A DNA stretch of 64,000 nucleotides from Vermamoeba vermiformis (GCA_045837725.1 JBEWZL010000047.1:1-64000), one strand, 5' to 3'. Counted from the first letter of the stretch, positions 40,410-53,821 are shown. The notes: generated by a model not told the origin, from the sequence alone. A program made the numbers and translations.

Positions 40410-41064
40410 ATAAATCTATCTGGCCACATATCTTCGATCTGTTTAGGTGCGTAATTGAATATCAGTTTTACCTCATTAATTACCAAATCGTAGGAGTAAT
40501 AATGGCTTGCTTGAAAAGATCCAGCCTCCTACTGAATTAGTAATGGCTCGCGGTCTCCACCAAAGTTCGAACTACTATTCGTTGTACTCTTCTCGGAGCG
40601 CGGTCTATCGCTAACCATTTACTTATTTGGGCCGATTTTATAACTAAAATAGAGAACTCGGAATAAATAATGTAAATGTCCGAGTGAATTTCCAAGGTCT
40701 GAATTTAACTCGAATGCTGGGCCAAAAGGGAAAGTAATTGCTAGCAATTGGAAAAAGGAACAACTGTCTGGCACCGGTTATTAGATCTGCAGTGATTTTC
40801 TTTACGCATTTTTCAAAATTTACCTAGATCCGAGCAAATTCATAACCAACTGATACCGAAAGTGTAACACCGTTTCATATCGAAGATCAGATTGATTCAC
40901 AAATTTGCGTAATAGGCGTAAGAAAGCGTAACTTCGCTCAGATAGGTACCTTGATGTCATGTGATCGTGCGCAGTTTTTCCAAATTTGGAAATCGAAAAA
41001 AACCTTAAATTGTCCGATCAACGCAACATCTTTCAGTTCACAAACAAACACTCCTATGAACACA

Positions 41065-42118
41065 ATGCGTCTTCTAACTTCAATATTTTTATTGGCTGTA
41101 ATCTCAGTCAGCACCGCTCAGTTCACGACTCTGACCCAAGTGATCAAGTCCGATCCAAACTTTTCTACGCTTTATAGCCTGCTTCAAGCTACTGGTTTGG
41201 ACCAGACGTTGGATGGATCCGTTTTATTCACCGTCTTTGCTCCTAACAACAGTGCATTCGATGCTTTGCCTCCCGCCACTCTGAAATATTTGCTCGATCC
41301 CGCCAACGGAAATCTTCTTAGCAGCATTATTGAATACCACGTAAGCAATCTCATATTAAAATGCTCCGTAGTTTTAATTTCAACCTTAGGTCGTCCCTGG
41401 AGCTTTGCCGTCATCTACGCTTGCGAATTACAACGGCAACAGTCTGGTTACGGCTCAAGGCAGCTCTATCAACCTTGATGTAGGCAGTCCCTACAGTAAC
41501 TTCAATCCCTTCTCTATTTCCTTGAACAACGCACGTGTCATCAAGGCCAACGTTGAAGCATCGAACGGAATCTTGCATGCGATCGACAAAGTTTTGCTCA
41601 ACGACCTCAGATTCTTCCAAGCAGCTCCTAATAACCTCTACACCCTTGTCTCTCAGAACCCTAAACTCAAAACTCTGACGGTCTTGTTGGATATGACCGG
41701 TTTGGCTCAAGTGTTGCAGGCTCCTAACGGACAATACACCCTTTTTGCTCCGACCGACGATGCCTTTACTGACCCTGTTTTGACTTCTATCGGTAGCAGC
41801 CAGGCTGTTCTAAAGAGCATTGTTTTGTACCACGCGATCGCAGGGTGAGTACATCCAGAATTTCCGGAAATTCGATTCAGTTCTAACATGTTCATTAGTG
41901 AACCAGTGTACTCAACTAGCCTTTACGATGGATTGCAAGCTTCTTCTATTAACGCTAACAACAACAACAACATTCGTCCTTTAACTTTCAGACGTCTTTC
42001 GTTCCCCGGTGCTGCATCCGTCACTGTGAACGACGCCAACATTTTAACCGCTGATAACCTTGCATCCAACGGTGTCTTGCACATTATCGATCGCGTCCTC
42101 CTGCCCTACTCCACCTAG
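41065..42118 (+). CDS. Secreted fasciclin (two FAS1 domains)
   Basis: Signal peptide; FTVFAPNNSAF..YHV..ASNGILHAIDKVL and YTLFAPTDDAF..YHAI..ASNGVLHIIDRVL. Confidence 0.95.
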
Positions 42119-42738
42119 AACATTGGATAGAATATCTTAATATTATTAAAAATTATACATTGGGTAGAATATTCGATTAAAAGATAGATCATAAAAAGAT
42201 AATAATAAATGTATGTACATTCAGTACTTCAAGATTTCCATTGAGCGTTTAATGCCATACCTGTTTTGTCCACTAGCTAGTTCGAGTTTTAGTATTTTAA
42301 AAAATTGTATTCAGCGCAGCACAAGCAATCACATGGTAACGTTCACAAGCGAGTATCCGCAAGAGCTCGCAAAAGTAAGGATATAAATCGGAGGAAGCGA
42401 GATTCTGTTTATGAATTTAAAATTGAATACAATTAGTGTAATTGAATTCGTCCAAACAATGGATAATTTTTCGTATAATTATTGAATTTTTACGTAATTA
42501 TTTTGAATTATTTCGAAAGAGTTAAACCAAAAAGTTAACTTACCGCTCGATCTGGAGTTTTTACGATATCTACTTTTGTTTAGACATATGATCGTTAAAA
42601 ATTATTTTAGAATATTAAGCGCAAAACGATCGAAGATATTTTTGTTGGCGGGCTCGAGATCCACACAGCGAACTGACACTTTTCACGCGAAACAAATCAC
42701 GTAATCTTACATTTTTGGGCTTCCTTTAGCAAAAAGCA

Positions 42739-45534
42739 ATGAAACGCATCAACGTCGCTCGTTTCACGGTGCTTTTAGTACTTGTTCAAGTGTTACAGAT
42801 CCAGGCTGGTGTTCAATGGACTGGCGTGAACTTGGCTGGCGCTGAATTCGGTAATTTAACGTCAAAAATTCGTTAATATCATAAATAACAAGTATATATT
42901 TATTTAGACGGTAATACGCCGTTTTGGCCCACGACGGCTGACATGGACTATTACATCTCAAAAAATATGAACGTCTTTCGAATCCCTTTCTTATGGGAGC
43001 GATTGCAACCGACTCTTCAACAAGATTTTGATGCTACTTATGTGGCTTCATTAGATGCCGTCGTATCTTACGCAACCGGCAAGGGAATCTGGGTGCTACT
43101 GGACGTTCACAAGTACGTAATGGTGAACAACATATTCTTAACAATAATATTGTTCATATACTTATGATTATCGAGCTAGTTATGCTCGTTATAATGGCGT
43201 AGCTATCGGAGCAGGCATAACTAACGAACAGTTTGCCGATCTATGGACTGGATTGGCCAATCGATACAAATCCTACGACAAAGTGGTACGTAATACTTAT
43301 ATTACTTACCATTTTAAATATAAATTTAATCCTAGATACGTTGATTCAATTTCAAAATTTATTAACATTTCCAATAGTTGTTTGGATTGATGAACGAGCC
43401 CAAAAGTATGCCTAGCCTGTAAGTACATGATACAGCAGTAAATCAGGTGATAGAATTAAATGAATAATTCTTCATAGTGATTGGCGTAACGGAGCTCAAG
43501 CAGCGGTCAATGCGATCCGTTTAGCTGGCGCTACTAATTACATCATGTTGCCTGGTGAGTTATTAGTATTAAATAAGTACTATTTGCAACGTTAATAATG
43601 CTTCTGTTCGATAATCAATTCGCAGCAATTTTATTCATGAATTACCTTTTTAGGCAATGGCTATACTGGGGCATGGGGCTGGTTCCTCGGTGCATGGGAC
43701 AGTGCAGCAACAAATCCTCAAGCGAACTCGCAAATAATGCCGACAGTTTGGGATCCGATCAACAAGATGATCTACGAAGTGCATCAATATTTCGGTAATT
43801 ATAAGAGAAAAATAATATTGAAATATACATAAGCACTAATATTATTGTTAAGACGATGGAAGCAGCGGTACCAGCGCTACATGTTTGAGTCCACCAATCG
43901 GAAATTCGACTTTAGAAGCATTCACTTTTTGGCTCAGAGAAAACAATGCACGTGCTTTCTTGGGCGAGTTTGGTGTGGCTAATAATAGTAACTGCCTTCA
44001 AGCACTTAGAGACGCAGTACAATATATGCACGATAACTCTGATGTCTGGTACGGGACTCGCAACCTACACGTCAACGCGGATCTGACATAGCTATTTTTT
44101 TCTTAGGCTTGGCTGGACTTACTGGGCAGGAGGTTTGTATTAATATTTGTTACTAATAGTCTATATAAATACTAACAGATATCTATTATACATTAGGCAA
44201 CCGTTGGGGCGAATACATTTACACGATCCAACCCACCAACAACTTCACCACTGACCGCGCTCAAATGGCCGTACTTCAGCCCTACTTACACGGTCTAGGC
44301 GCTGTGTCCATTGACATTCCTACACGAAGCACATCATGTGTGAATCAAACGATCTACGATGATAAGTTGCGCAATGGCTGGCAGAACTGGTACGTTGCTT
44401 CTCAAAGGCCGAACTTGTTTCCAGAATGCTAGGGAACTTTTATTCATTTAAAGAGCAGCGGTTAAATGCTGATGCTCAAAAATTGTTGTTGGGCATGGGT
44501 AGCTAAAAGCGACTGTTTTGACATTTTGACACTTTGACACGTTGTCACTCTGAAATTATTTAGCCTTTTGAAGGTTAAAGACACCAAGTAGTATTCAAAA
44601 TGACATTTTGACACGTTGACTTTTTTGACACTTTTTGACACTTTTCTGTCGATAGGAGCTGGGCACCGAGCAATTTGACGAACACAGCACAACACTTCAG
44701 CGGCACTCAATCGATCAGTTTTGATTTCGTCGCGAATGCATACTCAGCCTTGTCTTTGTCGTTGGATCAAGCCACTCTTCTTCCCAACTTGTACTCAGGA
44801 ATTGAGTTCTACATCAACGGTGCTCCTGGTACGTGAAAAATGAAATTTCATCCAAAAATAGATAGTTTGACTAACAGATATGTTTTAGGTGGTCAGAAAC
44901 TTCGGTACGGATACCGCAGAAACAAAGCAGATATTGGCAGCATGGTCAATGTCGCGGACTATTTGGCCAGTGGTACTTCAATCCCGACCACTTGGACTCG
45001 CGTTAGCATCCCTTTAACTTCGAATGGCATTCAAGATGCTTATTCACAGTTGGTCCTTGGAGCTGTAAGAAAAAACTTGTAACTTCTAAAGCAATTTTAA
45101 CGTTATTTTGTGCATTACAGAGCACTGCGTCTGCTCAACCAACAGTCTACGTGGACTCAATCAAGTTAGTTTGTGTTGGTACGTTAATACTAACCAAATT
45201 ATTACTGTACGTGAGTCTCTAATAACACTGGTTATATTGTTGCAGATCAGCCTATGCCTTCAGACGTCGCTTCTTTGCCGCCTTCAATCAGCCCGCAGAG
45301 TCTTTCAAATGGTATTAATCATTCGCTATCAGAATTGGACTAGTACTAACGAGCCTTATAGGACCCTCAAGTGGTCAATCGCCTAATACTCCCAGTTCGA
45401 CAGGTATGTTTTTCTGAATAATATCTAGCAAGATCGAATGCGAGCTAACGATCAAATCCTCAGTGCATTCTTCCGCTAGTCATTTGTGCGCTTTGGCTGC
45501 ATTCGTTTTCAGTGTCATCTTGGCCGCACTCTAA
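42739..45534 (+). CDS. GH5 endoglucanase (GH5_5-like) with C-terminal CBM-like domain and hydrophobic tail
   Basis: GVNLAGAEF, MNVFRIPFLWERLQP, LDVHNYARY, GLMNEP (acid/base), YEVHQYF, FLGEFG (nucleophile), GWTYWA; then IYDDKLRNGWQNWSW..LEFYING-type domain; Ser/Pro linker and C-terminal LCALAAFVFSVILAAL. Confidence 0.9.
44516..44645. repeat. Degenerate TTTTGACA(C) repeat cluster inside a cellulase intron
   Basis: Two runs of TTTGACA-like units, ~44516-44545 and ~44600-44645. Confidence 0.7.
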
Positions 45535-45723
45535 ATTTGAGTTTGCTTTCACTGTCATGTTCATCAATATGTGCTTAATTAGCATAAAAACTGTTTCGCA
45601 AACTAAAAGTGTGCGATCGTCAAAGCCAAATAACTGGCTTAGATGCAGGTAAAACCACTAAACAAATCGCTTTGACTGGTAACGACAATTTACTATGTAC
45701 AATATGATTTACAACTGACTTGC

Positions 45724-46968
45724 TTAATTGTACATGAGCGAGGCGAGATCCGGCTTGATGTACGGCAGAGGCATTCCACCTTCAACGGCAGCAACAGCTT
45801 CTTGAGCATCAGAAGTGCGATGAGCAATGAAGTATTGTTGCAGAGTAGCGGTGCTGACGTTGCGATTAGCAGCTCTGAATTTTCCAACTTTTTCGACGAA
45901 ATCAGCGGTCAGATCTGCACCAGCTTCAGGATAGAATTGCTTGAACATCAATTCGATTTGTTCGTCGGTAATAACTGAAGGGTATTGCAAGTGCATGTCG
46001 ACTCGGCCAGGACGGATCAAGGCAGGATCCAAACGATCAATGTGGTTTGTAGTCAATACGAAGATAGAAGCGTCTTTGCCACCAATGCCGTCCAAAGCAT
46101 TAAGCAAGCCGCTGAAGGACAAAGGAATATTCTCGAGCTTGCTTCGATCGGCGGTAAAAAGCGCATCCACGTCTTCCAAAACAACCACGCAGTTCTTCGG
46201 TACGCGTTGCAAGGCCTTCTTGAGCGCAGAATCGGTCATATGAGGGTCTGAAATATGCAAATAGGCAACGTGGCGGTCAATGTGAGAAGCCAAAGCCGAG
46301 ATCGTGGAAGTCTTGCCGGTACCAGGCGGGCCGTAGAGCAAATAAGATCTCTTGTAGGGAATGCCATGCTTAGCGTACCATCGAGCAGTATCTTTTTCGA
46401 GGAAATTGTTGACGTCGTCGAGAAGCTTTTGTTTGAGAGCGGCAGGCAAAATGACAGTTTCCATATCTCGTTTGCGCTTGACGATAGACTTGGGCCAATA
46501 TTGATTATCAATGTCGTAAGAGTAGATGTTGATGAGGGCCTTATTGACTTTAGTATCCCATTCGCTGACTTTATCGACGAATTTCTTCAGCAGATCTTTC
46601 TTGCGAGTTCCTTCGACGACCAGGACCAAGGTTTGTAGGTAAACTGCGGCACTAAAAGTACCAACGGGCTTGCCGTGCACGGTATGAATCACATGAATAG
46701 TCTCAGATTCATATTCAATTTTGAAAGATCCGAGGCCCAAAACTAATCTGCATCCGTCTTGTTTAGTGTCTTCAACTTCGTCATCGTCGTTGCTTTCTTG
46801 AGCACCCATGCGAAGACTATTATCACAATTGCATACGTCAGTCAAATACTTGCAAACAGCAGCGTAGATCTGCTCGTTAGATTGAATCTCCAACGAAGTG
46901 CAACTGTTGGGATCCAGCTGAAGAGCCTTGACCTCTTCCAAATTGAAAGGATATCTTGTGGTGTTCAT
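45724..46968 (-). CDS. BCS1-like AAA+ ATPase (intronless)
   Basis: WY..HGIPYKRSYLLYGPPGTGKTS, VVLEDVDALF, LSFSGLLNALDG, TTNHIDRLDPALIRPGRVD; first ATG at 46968. Confidence 0.92.
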   Translation of the reverse strand: MNTTRYPFNLEEVKALQLDPNSCTSLEIQSNEQIYAAVCKYLTDVCNCDNSLRMGAQESNDDDEVEDTKQDGCRLVLGLGSFKIEYESETIHVIHTVHGKPVGTFSAAVYLQTLVLVVEGTRKKDLLKKFVDKVSEWDTKVNKALINIYSYDIDNQYWPKSIVKRKRDMETVILPAALKQKLLDDVNNFLEKDTARWYAKHGIPYKRSYLLYGPPGTGKTSTISALASHIDRHVAYLHISDPHMTDSALKKALQRVPKNCVVVLEDVDALFTADRSKLENIPLSFSGLLNALDGIGGKDASIFVLTTNHIDRLDPALIRPGRVDMHLQYPSVITDEQIELMFKQFYPEAGADLTADFVEKVGKFRAANRNVSTATLQQYFIAHRTSDAQEAVAAVEGGMPLPYIKPDLASLMYN

Positions 46969-47513
46969 TGTTGATATCTTGATTTGAATAAACTGTTCTT
47001 TTTCACAGCATTTTATTCCTTTGGCCACAAAATCTATCGCATTTTTTTCTGGCCGGCAGTTAGTGTCTTTACACGAAGAAAATTCGTGCCCACACCGCAA
47101 TGTGTACTGATTCCTATCCTTACAGTATACCGCGTTAGCACGTTCTAACACTTTTCTCTTAATATTAAGCAAATCGAAAGATTTTTCCGTGCTCAGAAAA
47201 TGGATGTAGGATCAGCCAAGCCAAGTTGATTCAATAATTACATGATTAATTTAATTAATATATTTTAGACTATATTACGCTGTTTGACGGAAATTAAATG
47301 TAAGTAAAATTTACATTATATTAAATCCGTTGTAAGGAATGCAAATCAACGCCCTCCCTAAAAAACTCATCGTTATTGTTGACCCGATTCAAGTCATTAA
47401 ATTACTTTAAAATCCAAAATAATTGCTCGATCGAGCGACCGGTTGTCAACAAAAAACACTTGGAATCATGATAAATGTTGTATTATTATAATTATTATTT
47501 TACAATTGAGTAT

Positions 47514-50500
47514 TTAATGCTGTTTCGTTGATTTTTGATCGTTGAAGTTAGTCACGGTCACAGAGCCCTCGCTGTCCACCACGACACTTGTCAAAGGCAC
47601 GTGACTTCGCTTCTTGGCAGTGCCTTTTACACCAGATTCGATGCGCGAGAAAATTCCTTTCTTGGTGCTGCGAATGACTTCAGCACGTGACTTCCAAGTG
47701 GTGACGACCAGCACTGCGATGACGACAAAGGCCAACAAGAAGACTGTTAACAGCTCTCCACGGGCCACTCTGATGGTTTGCAATGGCAAGTCAATTTTAT
47801 CGCTAGGTGAGCCTATAAAACACCGTTAATATTGCACTCAAGCGCGATCTGATCCATCATCGTATCAAACACTGGATACAATTGATCGAGTATTATGACC
47901 AACGACTTACCTTTAGTGCGAGTAACAGTGACTGTATCAAGTTGGGTGTGTCGTGGCACGAGCTTGATCTCAAAAGTGCGGATCTCGGTTGGATGCAGCG
48001 TGATGAACGAGTTGATATCTTCAATCTCTTTGTCCTTTATATCATCAGTCGACGGCGATCGTTTTCTTCGTGCCAAGTTCGCCTCACTGTCAGCTTCTTG
48101 TTTGACCTCTTGTCCAGCCTTCTCCAACGCATCCTTTGAAATGAACACTCCCTCTTCGTCGGTGTTCTGTTTGTCGAGCTGTGCCTCATCGACTTGTACG
48201 TTGCTGAGGTCTGAAACACCTGAGGACTTCCATACTCGACGAGTGGACTCTTGTTCTTCGATCGCTATGAAAAGTGCACGTGTCAATAGGGCTGTAGCCT
48301 CGTGTCAAGTACGTGACACGCTCAATTGAAAACTTACGTTGAGTGATGGTCAGTGACTTCTCGCCAATAAATTGCAGCTTGAATGCGTTGAAAAACTCTT
48401 GGATCTCGAGCTTTGTTTTCCTAAGAGAAAAAACCTGTCAGGTCGCGTGTTATTGGTTAGTAATCGCATCCATCCGACGTACTTTGCCAGATCTGACTTA
48501 ATCTTATCCGATCCCTCGCTGGTGTGCATCAATCGCAATAACAAGCTCTCTTCACCGGCCAAATACTACAACAATTGATTCATTAGCGCTCGTGTTAATT
48601 AAAGGATTATAAGAATATGTGCTTACTCTCAAGGTGGTGATGTGCACGTTCGAAGGCAACGAATCTAAACATGATTATTAGCACAAGTGTAAAAGAACGC
48701 GTTATTACGTACATTTCATGGGTCTGAAGCTGGTCTCAAAGTTTTCTTTCCACGTGGCCACGAGATTTTCTTGATGTTGAGTCAACGAGCTGTCTCTGGC
48801 GATGAATGATCGCATAGGATTGTTCAAAATCAAACTCAATTCTCTACAACGGTAACCCATTAGTACCTGGCACGCGATCAGATTCGAATCCGCATCTTAC
48901 CTAGCGTTTTCATCCGAGACGGCGTTGTTGTTATAAAGAGCCCATAAAGTGGTAGCAACAACTGATCTGTCGTTGTTTGGCTCAGCAAGACCTCTACCGT
49001 CATCACGTGGCAAGTTTCTGTGGATCATCAACTCGAGCGTTCCACCCGCGGGACTAGTCGCACCAATTGAATGACGGTTCAAAATCTATAAAATTGTTAA
49101 CGATATGACACGAGAGAGTGCGTGACTTACAGTAAAGCGCTCATCTGTTTCTTCGCACTTGAGGAAAGACATGGAGATGCAGGGGTAGTAGTTGTGCTCG
49201 GGACGATCGTCTTTACGTTCACGTTGCAATACTTCAACGCCGTTGTCGGTATAGAAATGTCTGCTGTTGGGTGCAATGGCTGTGTGGTACTTGACAACGA
49301 CTTCGGTAGCAGATTCAGCCTTGACTTTGTAATCTTGTTCGATGATCAATTGCGTAGTTGTAGCCTCGGTAGAATACAATTTAATATGCCACTCGAGATC
49401 ATTGCCCAAAATAATCTAGCAAAAGAGCGGTTAGATCGAGAGCAGAAAAAAATAAAAAAGAAATGCCGCGACCCGGGATTGAACCGGGGGCCTCTAGATC
49501 TTCAGTCTAACGCTCTCCCAACTGAGCTATCGCGGCTTGCCTTGTCCGACCGCCAAATTTTTTAGCGACGCGACGTGTACAGAAAACAATAAACTTGTTT
49601 TTCGCTTACCCTTGCTTCTTGAACGTGCTCTCCCTTGTAGATAACCAAAAGGTACTTCTGAATTACAGTCGAAGCAGGACTAGTGGTTCGCATAATGTAA
49701 GCACCACTTCTTTGAGCGTCTCGGTATGCCATCAACTGGTGCACGTGTTAATAAGCACATCCAATACAATTTTGGCTTCATTACTTACGTCTTGGTTTAA
49801 TTGCTGTGTTTTGCCTGTTTTTTTGTTCAGGATCTTGCCCATCAAACCATTTGTCGAAGAGAAAATGATTTGTAAATTGTCGTTTTCAATGAACGCTGCC
49901 TCAGATCCATCAGCGTGAGTGATCGCAGCGAAGGAATAAATACTATCAACTTTAGGGCCATTGTAACCTTCGCGACTCCAAGCTTGTGTGGTCGGCACAG
50001 CAGCTAATGCAGTCGTCTCGGGATCCACCTTCAAGAAGTAGGTTTCGGCTCCAAGTGGAGACACCTCAGCCAAAAAATACAAATAGAATCCAGTATTGTT
50101 TTTCAACGGATCAACGGGAATCATCTAGTCATAATGTTAGAGTTAAAAATAAAACGAAATTAGTATCGCGTACCTCGCTTGGCACGTGATTGCCTGCAGC
50201 ATCTGTGACAATAATCTTGTGCTTGGATTTGACGGTCAAATGTTGGTACTGCTTTCGAGGCCAGCCAAGCGAGTTATGCACGGCAATAACGTAGTCAGTT
50301 TTCTCTTCGAAATCTAACACGCGCAATTCCGATTCAAACTCTGGTGCTGCCTTATCACCAGCCAACAGCACCGACAATGACTTGGCGAGGGCAACTTTCG
50401 ACGCATTGTAGCCCTTGTCGAGCCTGTTCGTGTAATCTTGAGCCACGAATCCACGAGCTGTACCTGTAATGCCGTCGTGGTGTTGAACCAAAGCTGAGTC

Positions 50501-52552
50501 CTTTGCAGAAATCATAATTAATTAAAGCACTAAAATGTGATGTTGTAATTGTGCATAGTCTAATCGTTGCACTAGATCCAGATCTAAGCTTAAGGAAAAA
50601 CACTTACTCGGCGAGCCCATTTGAGATCATAAGCCGTATCAGCAATGTTAAGAATGTTCTTGCCATTAGGCACGTTTCCTTGCACGACCTTGTGATTGGC
50701 GAGTGCAACACCAGTCTCTGCAGACTTGATCATAGCATCCACTTCACGCGAGTGCAACTTCAGTGCAGGACGTGTGGTATAATAGCCCTGTTCATAGTTA
50801 GTATGTGCCCGCTTAGTATAACACTATACGTACTGTCCAATAGCTGTCGCCGTTGTCAGCGTACGGGAAGAAATCTCCGAAGAATGAGGGGAACTCGGCC
50901 TTCGCATTGTTGAGCGCATCAAAATATCGCGAGAGAGTTGAGTATTGAATGTTAACACCAAAGTCAGGGTTGGCATTGATGTATTCTATCAACATATAAG
51001 AAATTGATCGTATGATCAGTTTTTCTGAAGGTACGTACTAATGAGCGGATCCATGTTAGAGAACTGTTTGGTGGCATCAACGAACTTAAAGTCATCGCCC
51101 CACGGTACCAACAAGTTATTAGTACGATAGGCAGTGGCTCTGCCCGTCAAAATATTGACGAGTTCTCGTGCACGCTTTGCTTTGTTCTCTTCTGTCGTGG
51201 TCATCCAAGTCTCTTCGAAATCAAATCCTCTTCAACAATGGAGTTAGCTAATAGTACAATATAACTTCATATTGTTAATGAAATTTTCGATGGAATGGTC
51301 GTATAATTAGTAAATTAGAATTATAACTTACTGAGGAGCAGAATAATGCGTGTGAAGCACGTGGGTCATAATCTTCGAGTCAGCTCTATAATTGATTAAT
51401 TTATAAGTATTCATAGTATCCATTATAGTGTTATTTTCTTACTGGTTCAATCCGTGCCAGATAAATTCCATGTGCTTTGCTGACTTGTACTTGTTCTAGG
51501 AAATATTTTCGTTACATTTCGTTCATAATAATTTTATATAATAGGTCTAGAGTTACCTTCAAATCAAAATGAATTCTATTGATAACAAGTGCATCAAATC
51601 CTGCTTTCGCGAACAAACTTGGAGTCAAAGATGAATGACCGAACGGATCAATCTTAAAAAAATAAATAAGATTAAAATAATTAATGTTAATATTAATGTT
51701 GCTATTTACCTGCCAAGCAACGCGTGGTTTAACTTTGAAGTTTTCCCACAAGTATTGATGACCTTCTGTGACCTGATCTATCACTTGATGATAATGCGCA
51801 TTGGCTTCATCGTTTTGGACCCATCCACCTGCAAATTATAATATAATTATCTTTTCAAACAAGTGCACGAGAAATACGGATTAACGTTGTTCGTTAAACC
51901 GGATTTGACAACAAAAATTGAAAAAAATCAAAATAAATCTTACCAGCGACGAATTCGAATTGCTTGTTATCAATTAACTTCTTTAGCTTCGCTTTGACGT
52001 CATTAGTTTGACTCTCGTACCACCGCTCAAAAAAAGAACTAGTCGTCGGAAAAATTAGAATCACAGCCGGAACTTTGCATGCAAAAAATTGATCGTATAA
52101 TTATGATAAATAGGACTTACATCTCGGCCCAGACAAATGTACGCGAAGGATCTTTGGATAACTCGTTGACTACGTTTGTTAAGATCCGAGTTACGCGCAT
52201 ATTAAAATAACCCTAAAAAAGTTTTGTAGTTTTAGCAGCATTCGATTATAATAATATTAATTCAAGAAGAATATACTAATATGATCATGATATCATTTGA
52301 TAAAAGGAGAATTCATTTTTTTGAATTTTGAAAAATAACGATCTGTTTTGAATTTACACAGAAAATCTTCTAAAATCGTGCTAACATTTAATTAATGGAT
52401 TATTAGCATATAATAATTACCTCGAATGTTTCTAACCAGCCAGGATCGCAATGGGAATGCGGGATCAGATGAACATTCAAAGGCTCTGCAGACGATAGCC
52501 CAGCAAAGAGCACGACAGAACATGCAATAATAAATAAATATATATATCTCAT
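47514..52552 (-). CDS. GH38 alpha-mannosidase with signal peptide and C-terminal TM helix
   Basis: [85 protein letters not shown]. Confidence 0.95.
49464..49536 (-). tRNA. trnF-GAA: tRNA-Phe (GAA), inside a mannosidase intron
   Basis: GCCGCGATAGCTCAGTTGGGAGAGCGTTAGACTGAAGATCTAGAGGCCCCCGGTTCAATCCCGGGTCGCGGCA folds as a cloverleaf with A and B boxes, followed by a T-run terminator. Confidence 0.97.
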
Positions 52553-52710
52553 ATTACACTATTGTACATGGGTTAAGATTTAAATAATGACGAAACAACG
52601 TCAGCAATTTTTTGTCCCATTTTTTTTGAGCCAAATAATTCCAGCCCAGCACGCGTACGACTCTATTGCCTATTATTTCATATTAGTCCATAATACGACA
52701 CACATATAAG

Positions 52711-53727
52711 ATGACGGCAGATAAAAGAAATGATTCAGTAACAATAGGAGTTCGCTCGATCTTCAGTCGGCCATTAGATTTATTATTATGCTTTGTATTT
52801 TTAGTCAAGGCTATTATTGCCGCATATTCCGATATTATGAACGCTATAGGTAATTATTGCCAATCAAATTACGAAGTAACGGTCACCAGACAGATCCGTA
52901 ATAGTTATTACGATGTCTTCTTTCCACAAATATTAATTACATTATTTTCTCCTATAATTATTAAATGCAAATATTAATATTCGACGTAAGGAGCGAAAAT
53001 AAGGCCGTAATTAATTTTTCTCCTTGTCAGGTCCGATCGAAGGCAAAATGTCGCCCGAAACCGTAAAAGATTATGCTTGGCCTCCTAAAATGTGGTGGGA
53101 CTTATTTTGGTGGTGGACTGACTTGGCAGATCCTCATTTACGCGTCAATCCGGTCTGGCTCAAGGTCGGATGCGCCTTGTCGGCTTACGTTTATACTCCT
53201 TTCTATTTCATTGCCATCTACGCATTTGTGAAAGGTAATATAAGCACTCCTAGTTATATAGCATGAAGTCTAACCCTTTTTCGAAAGGACGTAACTGGAT
53301 TCGTGATTGGGTCCTGATGTGGGGCTGGGGCATGATTTTGACTGTCGTAAGTAATATTAATACATTTAATACCACCCTTAAATATAATAATCGATTGTGG
53401 CTTAAACGTGTTCACGAAGATCTGATCCGTTGAGTTGGTCTCGTTACAAAATGATACAATAAGACATATTCGCCTATTACTTATACTTAAGTTAATGATT
53501 TCCATTCATTAGGTGTTTGTTTTGAGCGAATTAACTATGTCTGAGAAACATTACAGCAACAACTTGTTGCTCGCCTACATCGGTACGTAAATATACGGTC
53601 TTGAAACGTTACTTATTATTAATAATATGCTGCTGTAGTCTACGGTGCTTATATTCTATTCCCATTCTTTGCAATGGTTCGCGTGTGGCCGAAAAATGTT
53701 TTTGGCGTAAAAGAGAAAAATGAATAA
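52711..53727 (+). CDS. EXPERA / TMEM97-EBP-like membrane protein
   Basis: SRPLDLL, DPHLRVNPVWLK, TPFYFIAIYAFVKG|RNWIR, YGAYILFPF; about four TM segments. Confidence 0.75.
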
Positions 53728-53821
53728 AACTCGTAGTGCCAGTGGCGCAAATGAATGCAAACAGAATAAATTATAAACAATACACCAAATATAATATTTA
53801 TTGATAGAATCTAAAACGGTA

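Noticed and set aside
45941-46974. Plus-strand ORFs over the ATPase, and similar ORFs opposite other genes
   Set aside because: Antisense shadows with no motifs.
46969-47172. Cys-rich N-terminal extension of the 482-aa BCS1-like ORF
   Set aside because: Depends on a TTG start; the first ATG is at 46968 and the upstream sequence looks like promoter or UTR.
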